Source of the DNA: Candidatus Adlerbacteria bacterium
GTDB taxonomy: Bacteria > Patescibacteriota > Minisyncoccia > Phycocordibacterales > SBAW01
NCBI GenBank assembly: GCA_903851045.1
Contig: CAINNF010000008.1
Span: 299-64,298, forward strand
Direction: 5' to 3'
DNA length: 64,000 nt
Shown piece by piece: positions 37,577 through 46,506 of the stretch. The translations under genes were made by a program, and so were the position numbers. Positions within the stretch are counted from its first letter, which is position 1. Each line of letters begins with the position of its first letter. The notes below the pieces were generated by a model. It saw nothing but the letters and a program-made list of their open reading frames with translations, did not search any database and was not told the DNA's origin.

Positions 37577-40500
37577 TTATTGTTTCTTAGTTATTATACT
37601 TGGAGTTGAGTTTGCAACACCAAATGGATTGGTCGAAGGTGTAGATGAGAACGATCCGAATGATGTACTTGATTTAGAACTATTTGAAGCAGCCACGGCA
37701 GCAACAAAACCAGTTGCTACCATTTGTGTGCCTACTCCTACAAATTCTTGTGCTCCATTCATGGTAGTGTGTGATCCTGTATAGAACGCAGTGGAGCCAA
37801 AACTTGGAAGCCTTCCTGGGGTACCCGGAACAGTACCCTTTAATACTCCTCCTGTCACTCCAGTCACTACAGATTGATAAGCAAGGGTCCCGTAGTTAGT
37901 CTGCTTATTTGTAATGTAGTTTACTCCAGCAGTGGTAACAAAGTTAGCTGCTCCTGCTGTGACACCAACAGCAACAGCTCCGGCTCCCAATATACCTGCG
38001 GTCGCAGAACTTGCACCAACCACGGCACCCGTCACAGCACTACGTGCATAATCTTGAGGCGAAGAAAGGTTTGAGTAAAAATCACTTGGCCTTAACCCAT
38101 TTTGGTTGATATTGCCTAATACATCGGAACCATATTGGCTAACGCCTCCAGCAACAAATCCTACTCCAGCTGCGATACATATAACTACAGCAGGACCTGC
38201 ACATCTCCCGTTTGGATCTGATTTATTTATTGGATTGTCATTTGCATAGGAATATGAGTTAAGACTTTGAGGATCAGAAAGATTTTGCTGAGTCTCCCAG
38301 AATACCGGGTCTTCGCTAATAAACTGACCGCGAGTTGGCGATTGATATCGGGCCTGCATGTAGTTTAAACCGCTACCCGCGTCATACTCAGTGCCAGCAT
38401 ACTTGCGCTTCTCCCCTTGGTAGGCGCCTGCCTTCGTGTCGAGTCTGGTTTGTCCATACGGATAGTAATCAAGCGTCTCGATGACATTACCCGCACTGTC
38501 AGTAATGATGTTGGAGCCAGTGAGATTGTCGGTCGCGATGTAGCGGACGGTGGTGGTTGCGGTGGTGGTGCCGCCGGTGGTTGATGTAGTAACTAGTGGC
38601 TTGAACGTCGCCATGACTGCGGCCCAGGGTCCGCTGGTTGTGGTGGTGAGTTTGGCTGCTGTTGTTGAAGCGGTGGTTATGGTCGTGTCCTCGGTCGCGA
38701 GTCGCTCGTGGGTGTCGTTGTCGTCTTGGTGTTGGCGCACGGTGTAGCTGGGGGCGGGTGTCCAGGTGTCCCCCGTAGTGGCGCTCCATGCGGCTCCTAC
38801 GTAGAGTTCACTGCCGAGTGTGGTGGTGACATTGCCGGGGTTCGGGTAGCCCGTTGCTCCCGTACTGGACGCTATTTTGTCCAGTGGTGAGGATGTCGCA
38901 ACGCCTGAGTACTCTTGGACTGCAATGGATGCGGCAGTAGCGGAGGTCACGGTGAAGGAGGAGCCTCCCGTGACGTTCTTCGCGTAGTAGAGGGCGACGT
39001 GGTCACCACCGTTGGTGGTGTTCACTGCTTCGTTGATCTTGGTATAGGTGTTGCCCTTGGAGTCGGTGATGTCGTTTGCGGGGAAGGTGGTGCCGAAGAC
39101 TGATACCGCAACAACGACGAGGTCGCCTTGGGTGACAGGGTTGGGGAAAGTGACGGAACCTATGGTGCTATCGATATTCCCTTGGACGAACGTGGGGGTG
39201 GAGGTAGCTGTGGTCGTGCCTCCCCCGCTACTGGTGGCGCTGGTATTCTCAATCGTTGCCAGGTCGAGATCGTTCGCGTAGATGTGCTTGGTGGTGGTGC
39301 CTACTCCCCCGAGTTGGACGTTGTAGAGCGTGTTAGGGGTGATGGTCGTGATGGTGCCTTCGGTGAACTTGATGCGATTGCCTTGGTAGTCGTAGGCGTA
39401 GGTGGAGGTGGCCAGGCCGTTGCCTGACTGGATGAGGCGGTTGTTGTAGTCCCAGGCGTAAGTGTTGGTGCCGTCGCTCAGGAGGTTGCCATTTTGGTCG
39501 TAGGTGAGCGTGGTGGTGGCGGTCGTGGTCGCAGTGCCTCCAGCGGCGGTTGTTGTGGCCGCCCGAAGTGCTACCAGGAGCATCGACCAGTCTTGGCTGG
39601 TTGCGCCAGTGTAAGTGTCGGAGTAAGTGCTGGTGGTGGTTGCTACCTGGTAGCTGGCGGCACCGAATATCGAGCCAGTGAGGTCTTTGTAGAGCGAAGT
39701 GCGACTGGTCGTCGCGTCGACCGTCGAGTAACGTGAAAGCGTGGCGGTCACGAGGTCTCCACCGGTAACATTGGAGAGACTGATGGTCGGGTTGCCGCTA
39801 AGGCCGGTCGCAGATGCGACCTTTTCGATCGGTGATACGGTGGCCACACCGCTGAAGGATGCGACCGCGAGCTTAAAGCCGTCGGTAGCACCCGTTACCG
39901 TCACCGACACCGTCTTAGAGCCAGTCGTTGTGGCGACAAGATACCACACCTCCGACGCTATGCCGACCATGCGAGTAGAGGTCGCTTTGGTGAACGACGC
40001 GCCGTTCCATGTGGCAGAGGTGATGGTGCCAGTGCCTCCGACATCCTGCCAGATGTCTGCATACAGGACGAGCATACTACTACTGGTCGCCACAGTCTGT
40101 GTCCACGTCTTGGTGACCGGGCCAGCGTTGTAGCCAGCGTTCGTACTGGTCGACGTAGCACCCCACACAACAGTCGAGGTCGAGACACCACCCGCCATGG
40201 TCGAGGTCGAGAAGGTCGTGAGCGCAGTCACCGCATCTGGATTCGCATAGTTGGAGCCTGTGTTGCCCGTGTAGAGATAACTACCCAAAGGGCCGCTGGT
40301 GATATTGCCCAGCGAGTCATAAGTGTAGGTTTGGTTGAAGGCTCCATTTCCAACAATAGCAGTCGATGCAGATAGAAGACGATTAAGACCATCGTAGGTA
40401 TACACAACCATTTGACCGTTCGCCAGGTCAGAGTTGTCGGTACGAGAAATGATATTACCATTTGGATCATAGACGTAATGTAGATCCTGCGTCTTTGTAT

Positions 40501-43500
40501 AATGGGTACTCGTCGCGAACGTGTTCGTTACCGTGAATGTACCGCCCATGGTATACGTGCAGATAGTATCAACACCGGAGGTGGAGGCTGTCCCGCCACA
40601 AGTATAGTCAGCGGCGTTCGCCGTAGGATATCGAATGATGACGATGCCAGACCCGCCCACGCCGCCAGGCCCATTATTCGGACTTCCGCCACCTCCGCCA
40701 CTACCGGTATTCGGAGTCCCCGCACCTCCACTGTAACTTCCACTTCCGTTGCCACCGCCTCCCACACCGCCTGTGCCTCCCACGAGCCCTCCGCCGCCTC
40801 CACCACCTCCCGCATAATATGTTGCTATACCTGTAATACTACTCTGTATACCAGTACCACCATTTGCACCATATCCACTCACGGTTGCATTATTGCCGCT
40901 TGAGCCTGCCCCTCCGCCACCGCCCGAGGCATTACCAACCCCGGTACTTGCACCACCGGAATTCCCTTCCCCATTGACAGAACTTCCTCCTACTCCACCC
41001 GTTATATACCCTGTTCCAGCTCCGCCACCAGACCCTCCGCTTCCACCAGGAAGTGAGTGACCGTACCCGTCTGTTGCGCTGCCATATCCTCCGCCAGCCG
41101 CAGAGACCAGAATGCCGATAGAGCTCGTAGCTCCTTGCGAGCCATTACCAGAAACCGTCGCGGGTCCTCCGGCTCCGCCGCTTCCGACCGTCACCGTATA
41201 GGCTCCAGGCGGGATACTTATCGAAGAACTGCTTATGACCCCGCCAGCACCTCCACCTCCGCCACCATTACCGTTATTTGCACCTGAGCCACCGCCACCA
41301 CCTGCAACCACGAGAATTTGTACTGGGTTATTCTGTGCGATCGTTGTTGTTGCAGCCGCGTATGACAGCTTTGCTGTCAAGCGATACAACTGGGTAGGAT
41401 CGTACGTGTATGTTGTAGTAGCACCAGACCCAGTGATCACTTGTGTATATTGACCTGTCGGAATATATCCAGAGTACATCGCAAGTATTTTAGACGACCC
41501 GCCGTTCTCTTTTTCCCATACTGAATCAAGTAATCCTGCGCTATTAAAATTGTATTGCGCTTGAGCACTATCTGGATAGATTATAAGCGTCTGATTACCT
41601 TGGCGATCATATGAGTACTGTGTAACGAACGTTGTGCTCGTACCCACGACAGACTCGGACTCACCACTCTTGAGTCCAATCGGATTGTAGGTATATGCAA
41701 TTCTCGATGCGGTAGTGCTCGCAACACACAGTTGCCCGATACCGTTCATACACGAGTCGTAGGTATAGGTGACTTCTGTACCCGCTTGCCCTGTGTAGTC
41801 TTCAGTCAGTGAACGGTTGAGCGCATCGTAGGTGAAGTTTACCGTCTGGCTTTTCGGGTCCACTCGTTGTATGAGATTGCCGGCGGTGTCGTAGGAGTAC
41901 GACCAACTCCCAAATGTCCCATCACCCACCATATGAAGGTCTTCGGCCGTGAGTCTTCGATTGAGGCCGTCATATGTGAAATTGCGTACGTTCCCATTAG
42001 CGTCCGTGACCTTGGTAAGGTTGTTGTTAAGATCATAGATATACGTGATGGTTGCAGACGACGTGGCAGTACTATGTTCGACCACGGTGACTAAGTTACT
42101 GAACGCGTCGTTCGACAAATCTTTTACATTCCCGTTCGCATCAGTTATCACGGTGTGCCACGGCAGGTACGCATAGCCAGTCGTGCCGACCGCATTGACC
42201 GCAGTACTTACTCTCTGGAGCGAGTCATATGTATAGGTGGTGAGGAGCGAACTACTTGCCGTCGGCGACGTGTACGCGGTACTTGAGGCGAAATATGGCA
42301 ACGACTCTTTCGACAGGAGCGAGGCGGTGTTGTACACCGTATCCTTGACCACGTAGGTATTGTTCCCTGGCGCTTGAGTCCTCGTCTGTATCGTGCGCCC
42401 AAGCCCATCAAAATATTCATACGCCGTGGTACTACTTGCCGAAGACAAACGGTTCGTGGTGAGCGTGTATGACGGGAATGTGTTGTCCGTGTACGCGATG
42501 TCGGTCTTCACTACCAATGTGCTTGATGAAGTTTGGTCTGGCTGTTTGACCTGCACCAGACGCCCCACGGGATCATACACGTTCACATTCGTGAGGCCAT
42601 TTGGGTCTGTCGTTGTTGCGACCTTCCCGCTCGCGTAGTCGTAGTACACCTGCGAAGTCTGATTGAGTGCGTTCGTTGTCGACGCTGGGTAGTAGTTGAG
42701 AGCATCATACACATACTTCGTCAGATTACCGAGCGCATCAGTCGTCGTACCCACGAGCCCAAAGCTGTTGTACGCTCTGGTGGTACTCGCGTACGAGCTA
42801 CCCGATATCCAATTCTTTTCTTGGGTACGATTACCCGCACCTACTGATCCAAAAGAGAGGTTGTCGTAGAGATACTGCGTTTCCATTATTTTTGTACTAC
42901 CCACGTCCGTAAGAGTTATATCGTCGATCACATCCAGCGTTGTGCTGGCATTCGTCGCATACGTTATGTTTTTGATTACTGTATCACTCCCTACGTCCGA
43001 ATAGGTACCGTCCGAACTTCCCGACACCTCTCCCCGGTCGATCGACTGTGTCAAATCGCCCGTCGTGGTGGAATACGTATACTCGACCGCATGATCTTTG
43101 TGAGAGGAGCCCGAGCTATCAAATTCCTGGGTCATGTGTTTCGATAGGTACACGAATGAGCGACCGTTCCCTTCGTCAGTTGTATCCCATCGACTGAAAA
43201 TACGCTTCAGAAGAGTTCCGTCTGTCTTCTTGGTGTCTTGGCGAAAAACGTGCCCAATCTGTGGGTACCCGTCAGCCTGTTCACCGTCGCCAGCGGAAAC
43301 ACTATCACCCTGGTCATAATACGTGGTCAAGAGATAGTCTGGATGTGTTTCGGTGATTGTGTAAAAACCAGCAAATTTACGGTCCTGCGGAGCAGCGACA
43401 TTGAGATACAGCTTACCGCCACTGTAAGCATAATCCGTTTCTGTACTGTTTCCATCATTATCGTTGGTAACGATTTTCGACACCAACAGAAGTGACATGG

Positions 43501-44524
43501 GCATGTGCGAATTCGTGCCTGTTTGTGGTGATGGGACATATGACACCTGCGTATTGCCACCCTTGGGATAGGTAATTTGAGTAAGAACGTCTTGGCGGGT
43601 GGTATTGTTCCTTATATTTTCATTATCTGGTATCCCATCACCATCCCAATCGACATACTCGTTATTTCTTTCTGTGTCATATTGATCGTATATAGTCGCA
43701 TACGTGGGAAGCGCTATGGTACTTGTAGCCCAGCCTGAACCGGTATTTAACAAGACCAAATTAAATCCATTTGAAATTTCGGCATTTCCGTGTGTGTTTC
43801 CAGCAATGGGGCTATAGTATGAGCGAACAAAATCCGGCAATCCATCACCGTTAACATCCATAAACCGCATGCCTCGATCAAAAAACTGATGACTCCCTGT
43901 GTTGTAGTAATAGGTTGACGTTGCAAGATTCCAAACTGAAGAGCAGGTGCCTCCTCTTCCGACCCACCCTGTACCATTATTCAGACAAAAATAGGTATTG
44001 TTATTGTCCGAATACACCCAATCATCTAGACCGTCACTATTTACATCTATGAGTTGAGAGTTAGAAATAGGTCCATTAATGTCAGGCATGGGCATAACTG
44101 TCGGGAACAGGTCACTTGTTCTCCAACCACTTCCATTCCCTAAATAGGTACCGTCATAACCCTCTTCGTAAATATTTGATGCGTAGTCTACATATCCATC
44201 TCCATTGAAGTTTCCTAGGAGGCCAGCAGTAAGTGTGGCATATGCTCCTGGAAAATATACCGCCACAGGAGGTATGTTCAAGGTCGAAGTCGCAACGGAA
44301 GTGAACGTATACGCACCTGTTGTGCTTCCTGTGCTGTAATATAAAGTGGCACCATCGTGATTAACGTAACTATGCAAAACGTCGGCATATCCATCCCCAT
44401 TAACATCTATAAATCTTGTACCACTTTCATAAGCAGTTGTAGGATTACCAAAACATGCCAGGAATATGATGGGGGTGGAGTAACGCCGACACCATCTATA
44501 CCAAACGCAGGAGACCCGCCGCAC
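37577..44524 (-). CDS. Rhs/YD-repeat polymorphic toxin (TcB/TcC- or WapA-like), C-terminal portion of a gene split by a frameshift. FG-GAP/VCBS-like repeats, glycine-rich insert, YD repeats, Rhs core, glycine-zipper C-terminal toxin domain
   Basis: 2315 aa. Motifs FIDVNGDGYADVL, IDVNSDGLDDWVY, FMDVNGDGLPDFVR. Dozens of YD repeats (YTYDALNRSLTE, YVYDPNGNIISRTD, YAYDYQGNRI...). Rhs core YYPYGQTRLD...RYQSPTRGQFISEDP...DPNGR. About 208-aa hydrophobic Gly/Ala-rich C-terminus. Confidence 0.9.
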   Translation of the reverse strand: MRRVSCVWYRWCRRYSTPIIFLACFGNPTTAYESGTRFIDVNGDGYADVLHSYVNHDGATLYYSTGSTTGAYTFTSVATSTLNIPPVAVYFPGAYATLTAGLLGNFNGDGYVDYASNIYEEGYDGTYLGNGSGWRTSDLFPTVMPMPDINGPISNSQLIDVNSDGLDDWVYSDNNNTYFCLNNGTGWVGRGGTCSSVWNLATSTYYYNTGSHQFFDRGMRFMDVNGDGLPDFVRSYYSPIAGNTHGNAEISNGFNLVLLNTGSGWATSTIALPTYATIYDQYDTERNNEYVDWDGDGIPDNENIRNNTTRQDVLTQITYPKGGNTQVSYVPSPQTGTNSHMPMSLLLVSKIVTNDNDGNSTETDYAYSGGKLYLNVAAPQDRKFAGFYTITETHPDYLLTTYYDQGDSVSAGDGEQADGYPQIGHVFRQDTKKTDGTLLKRIFSRWDTTDEGNGRSFVYLSKHMTQEFDSSGSSHKDHAVEYTYSTTTGDLTQSIDRGEVSGSSDGTYSDVGSDTVIKNITYATNASTTLDVIDDITLTDVGSTKIMETQYLYDNLSFGSVGAGNRTQEKNWISGSSYASTTRAYNSFGLVGTTTDALGNLTKYVYDALNYYPASTTNALNQTSQVYYDYASGKVATTTDPNGLTNVNVYDPVGRLVQVKQPDQTSSSTLVVKTDIAYTDNTFPSYTLTTNRLSSASSTTAYEYFDGLGRTIQTRTQAPGNNTYVVKDTVYNTASLLSKESLPYFASSTAYTSPTASSSLLTTYTYDSLQRVSTAVNAVGTTGYAYLPWHTVITDANGNVKDLSNDAFSNLVTVVEHSTATSSATITYIYDLNNNLTKVTDANGNVRNFTYDGLNRRLTAEDLHMVGDGTFGSWSYSYDTAGNLIQRVDPKSQTVNFTYDALNRSLTEDYTGQAGTEVTYTYDSCMNGIGQLCVASTTASRIAYTYNPIGLKSGESESVVGTSTTFVTQYSYDRQGNQTLIIYPDSAQAQYNFNSAGLLDSVWEKENGGSSKILAMYSGYIPTGQYTQVITGSGATTTYTYDPTQLYRLTAKLSYAAATTTIAQNNPVQILVVAGGGGGSGANNGNGGGGGGAGGVISSSSISIPPGAYTVTVGSGGAGGPATVSGNGSQGATSSIGILVSAAGGGYGSATDGYGHSLPGGSGGSGGGAGTGYITGGVGGSSVNGEGNSGGASTGVGNASGGGGGAGSSGNNATVSGYGANGGTGIQSSITGIATYYAGGGGGGGGLVGGTGGVGGGGNGSGSYSGGAGTPNTGSGGGGGSPNNGPGGVGGSGIVIIRYPTANAADYTCGGTASTSGVDTICTYTMGGTFTVTNTFATSTHYTKTQDLHYVYDPNGNIISRTDNSDLANGQMVVYTYDGLNRLLSASTAIVGNGAFNQTYTYDSLGNITSGPLGSYLYTGNTGSNYANPDAVTALTTFSTSTMAGGVSTSTVVWGATSTSTNAGYNAGPVTKTWTQTVATSSSMLVLYADIWQDVGGTGTITSATWNGASFTKATSTRMVGIASEVWYLVATTTGSKTVSVTVTGATDGFKLAVASFSGVATVSPIEKVASATGLSGNPTISLSNVTGGDLVTATLSRYSTVDATTSRTSLYKDLTGSIFGAASYQVATTTSTYSDTYTGATSQDWSMLLVALRAATTTAAGGTATTTATTTLTYDQNGNLLSDGTNTYAWDYNNRLIQSGNGLATSTYAYDYQGNRIKFTEGTITTITPNTLYNVQLGGVGTTTKHIYANDLDLATIENTSATSSGGGTTTATSTPTFVQGNIDSTIGSVTFPNPVTQGDLVVVAVSVFGTTFPANDITDSKGNTYTKINEAVNTTNGGDHVALYYAKNVTGGSSFTVTSATAASIAVQEYSGVATSSPLDKIASSTGATGYPNPGNVTTTLGSELYVGAAWSATTGDTWTPAPSYTVRQHQDDNDTHERLATEDTTITTASTTAAKLTTTTSGPWAAVMATFKPLVTTSTTGGTTTATTTVRYIATDNLTGSNIITDSAGNVIETLDYYPYGQTRLDTKAGAYQGEKRKYAGTEYDAGSGLNYMQARYQSPTRGQFISEDPVFWETQQNLSDPQSLNSYSYANDNPINKSDPNGRCAGPAVVICIAAGVGFVAGGVSQYGSDVLGNINQNGLRPSDFYSNLSSPQDYARSAVTGAVVGASSATAGILGAGAVAVGVTAGAANFVTTAGVNYITNKQTNYGTLAYQSVVTGVTGGVLKGTVPGTPGRLPSFGSTAFYTGSHTTMNGAQEFVGVGTQMVATGFVAAVAASNSSKSSTSFGSFSSTPSTNPFGVANSTPSIITKKQ

Positions 44525-45900
44525 GAAACAGAACCTGATATGGCGGTATCGTTTATACCATCCCCATTAGCGTCAGCGGAGACATTTGCTTGGTCGGCAT
44601 GATGACCAAAACCATTCACATTTGACCACGTAACTGACGTACTTGCATACTGAAAAGTCATTGCTGGTAAAGTGAGTTGGGTACCGTCGATGTTTTGACC
44701 GGTTTCCTGCACGCTTGATAAAAGTGAGCGATGATTATTATTCCCTACCGAGTATGAGAGAGCATACTTTCGAACAACATGACCGTTCATCTGAGCATCG
44801 ATCTCAGACACGCGACTATCGGTTATCACTTGAAAACCGTATTTGTAGCTTGCATACGGAACACTACTAGAAGCAAGCGAAAAACTTACACTCATCACAC
44901 CATCTGTCGAACCATGTCCTGTATATAAAATTTGTGAGGGAAATATCTGATTATTCTCCTTGGTATAGCTATATTTTATGTAATTATCGTTTACGTCTCT
45001 TACTTCTTCGAGATACCAACGCGATATGGCGGTCGAACTGGCAACGTCAAATTGTCGTGACTGCGTGGTGGTGCCATACTCGTAGCGGGTGCCATTCTTG
45101 TCATATGCGGTCCACGTATTATTTGAACAGACATATTTAACAAAACTTCCATCATCCACTCGAGCGTAATACACGCCAGGTGTCGATGTTGAAGTTGAGC
45201 TTGCAAGTTCCCCATTTATAGACGAACTAAAATAGGTGTCCGTAAAGAGTTGGTCCGATCCAATTTTATTTATTCTTTCGATGTACGGGATCGAGAGAGA
45301 CCACCCATACCCCACGATACTGTTGTCGTCCAAGTTTTGACTATTGTAGTTCAGAGACAAACTTGGCTGCATACCATTACGCCCCGGTGGGATATCCAAA
45401 GGTACCCCTTGTGTTAGAGCACCTGAAGCTGTATCTACTTTGGGTGATATGGTTTGGTATGTAAAAAGTGATGGATTAGATACGGTGGGTTGCCCATTCG
45501 TTCCCAAGGTCATTGGACTTAAGCTACTTTTTGTGTTTGTCTTACCGTTCGAGTCTTCTGTTGCGGTCGAATCAGACAAAGAAGAATTTTGAACATCAGG
45601 AGTGAGTGCTGTATTCGTATCACTCGTTGTGTCTGAAGAATTAGAGTCAGATTGTGAGGCTATACCTTGCACCGCACCTCCTGTAAATGAGCCTCCCATA
45701 TCCGATGGAGGGGTTGCGTCTGCGGCAGGTGGTGTTGGGTCGGGTATGATCGATGCGTCGGCCGCAGGCGGACTTACCACATCATCCGCAAACACAGGAG
45801 CGAGTGGCGTTACAAAAAACGTAAGAACCAGCAAAAACGCGACAACCTTTCTAAAGATGTTACAGCTTGTCGACCCAACAGCGAATGTCAGTGAATACAT
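44407..45900 (-). CDS. N-terminal portion of the same Rhs toxin gene: signal peptide plus SpvB/TcdB N-terminal domain. Joined to 37577..44524 by a 1-nt frameshift at a G5/C5 run (44471-44475)
   Basis: 497 aa. Signal peptide MYSLTF...VLTFFVTPLAPVFADDVV. SpvB-domain hallmark LSLNYNSQNLDDNSIVGYGWSLSIPYIERI. The ORF overlaps the next one by 118 nt in another frame. The upstream frame becomes nonsense after the poly-C tract and the downstream frame is nonsense before it. Confidence 0.8.
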   Translation of the reverse strand: MYSLTFAVGSTSCNIFRKVVAFLLVLTFFVTPLAPVFADDVVSPPAADASIIPDPTPPAADATPPSDMGGSFTGGAVQGIASQSDSNSSDTTSDTNTALTPDVQNSSLSDSTATEDSNGKTNTKSSLSPMTLGTNGQPTVSNPSLFTYQTISPKVDTASGALTQGVPLDIPPGRNGMQPSLSLNYNSQNLDDNSIVGYGWSLSIPYIERINKIGSDQLFTDTYFSSSINGELASSTSTSTPGVYYARVDDGSFVKYVCSNNTWTAYDKNGTRYEYGTTTQSRQFDVASSTAISRWYLEEVRDVNDNYIKYSYTKENNQIFPSQILYTGHGSTDGVMSVSFSLASSSVPYASYKYGFQVITDSRVSEIDAQMNGHVVRKYALSYSVGNNNHRSLLSSVQETGQNIDGTQLTLPAMTFQYASTSVTWSNVNGFGHHADQANVSADANGDGINDTAISGSVSCGGSPAFGIDGVGVTPPPSYSWHVLVILQLLMKVVQDL

Positions 45901-46249
45901 AAAAATAAAAAATTAGTGTCGCACCTCTACGCAAATAAACTGGGCTAACTATAAAGCACAAAATATTTTTGCAAATAAAAATTAGACGTAGGAGAAAAAT
46001 ATGCTACTTGTAAAAAATCTTCTCTTCCCGAGAAACCTTTATAAATGAATTATCGCTTATCCGAGATACTTTTGGAAAGCTCAACGTGATCAAGGCTATT
46101 TTAAAAATACACAAAATGCGAATTGGAAAAATATTTTGTCAAACAAACCAAAAAGTTATCAACAGGTACATAATCCATCTCTCTTACAGTTAATGGAGAA
46201 GACTTGGCAAACTACCACCTGTACCAAAGGTACCCTTAGCGATCCATCC

Positions 46250-46506
46250 TTGTTACCGTGGGCGTTGTGTTGTGGTCTTGTCTGTGGGGGCGTCTTCGAT
46301 CTGTCGGGGGTGCTCTTTTTCTGGGGGCACGGTCATGAGTACGGTGCTTGGGATCGGCGAGGGTTCGATCGTTATCGTGTGGTTCGGCGAGAGGTGCAAC
46401 TCTTCGAACGAGAGTTTCGTCGCGAGCGGGGTCTTGCCGAACAGGCGCAGGATAGCGTTGGCGATGTCTATCTTGGTTGGGTAGTACGTCTCGGTCAGGG
46501 CGGTCG
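46250..46506. repeat. Direct repeat copy 2 (intact 3' end of the E1-beta gene), marking the right island boundary
   Basis: See copy 1 at 36649-36904. Confidence 0.85.

Larger units (their letters stand above)
36905..46249. mobile_element. About 9.3-kb lower-GC genomic island carrying an Rhs polymorphic toxin and candidate immunity gene, inserted at the 3' end of the E1-beta gene. No integrase or transposase visible
   Basis: Marked drop in GC and AT-rich intergenic DNA (45.9-46.25 kb and 36.97-37.1 kb). Bracketed by the 256-bp direct repeats. The cargo is typical of toxin islands. Confidence 0.5.

Noticed and set aside
40500-41350. Highly repetitive GC-rich GGN tracts considered as a possible CRISPR array or tandem DNA repeat
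   Set aside because: No regular repeat-spacer periodicity. The tracts are in-frame glycine codons within the Rhs ORF.
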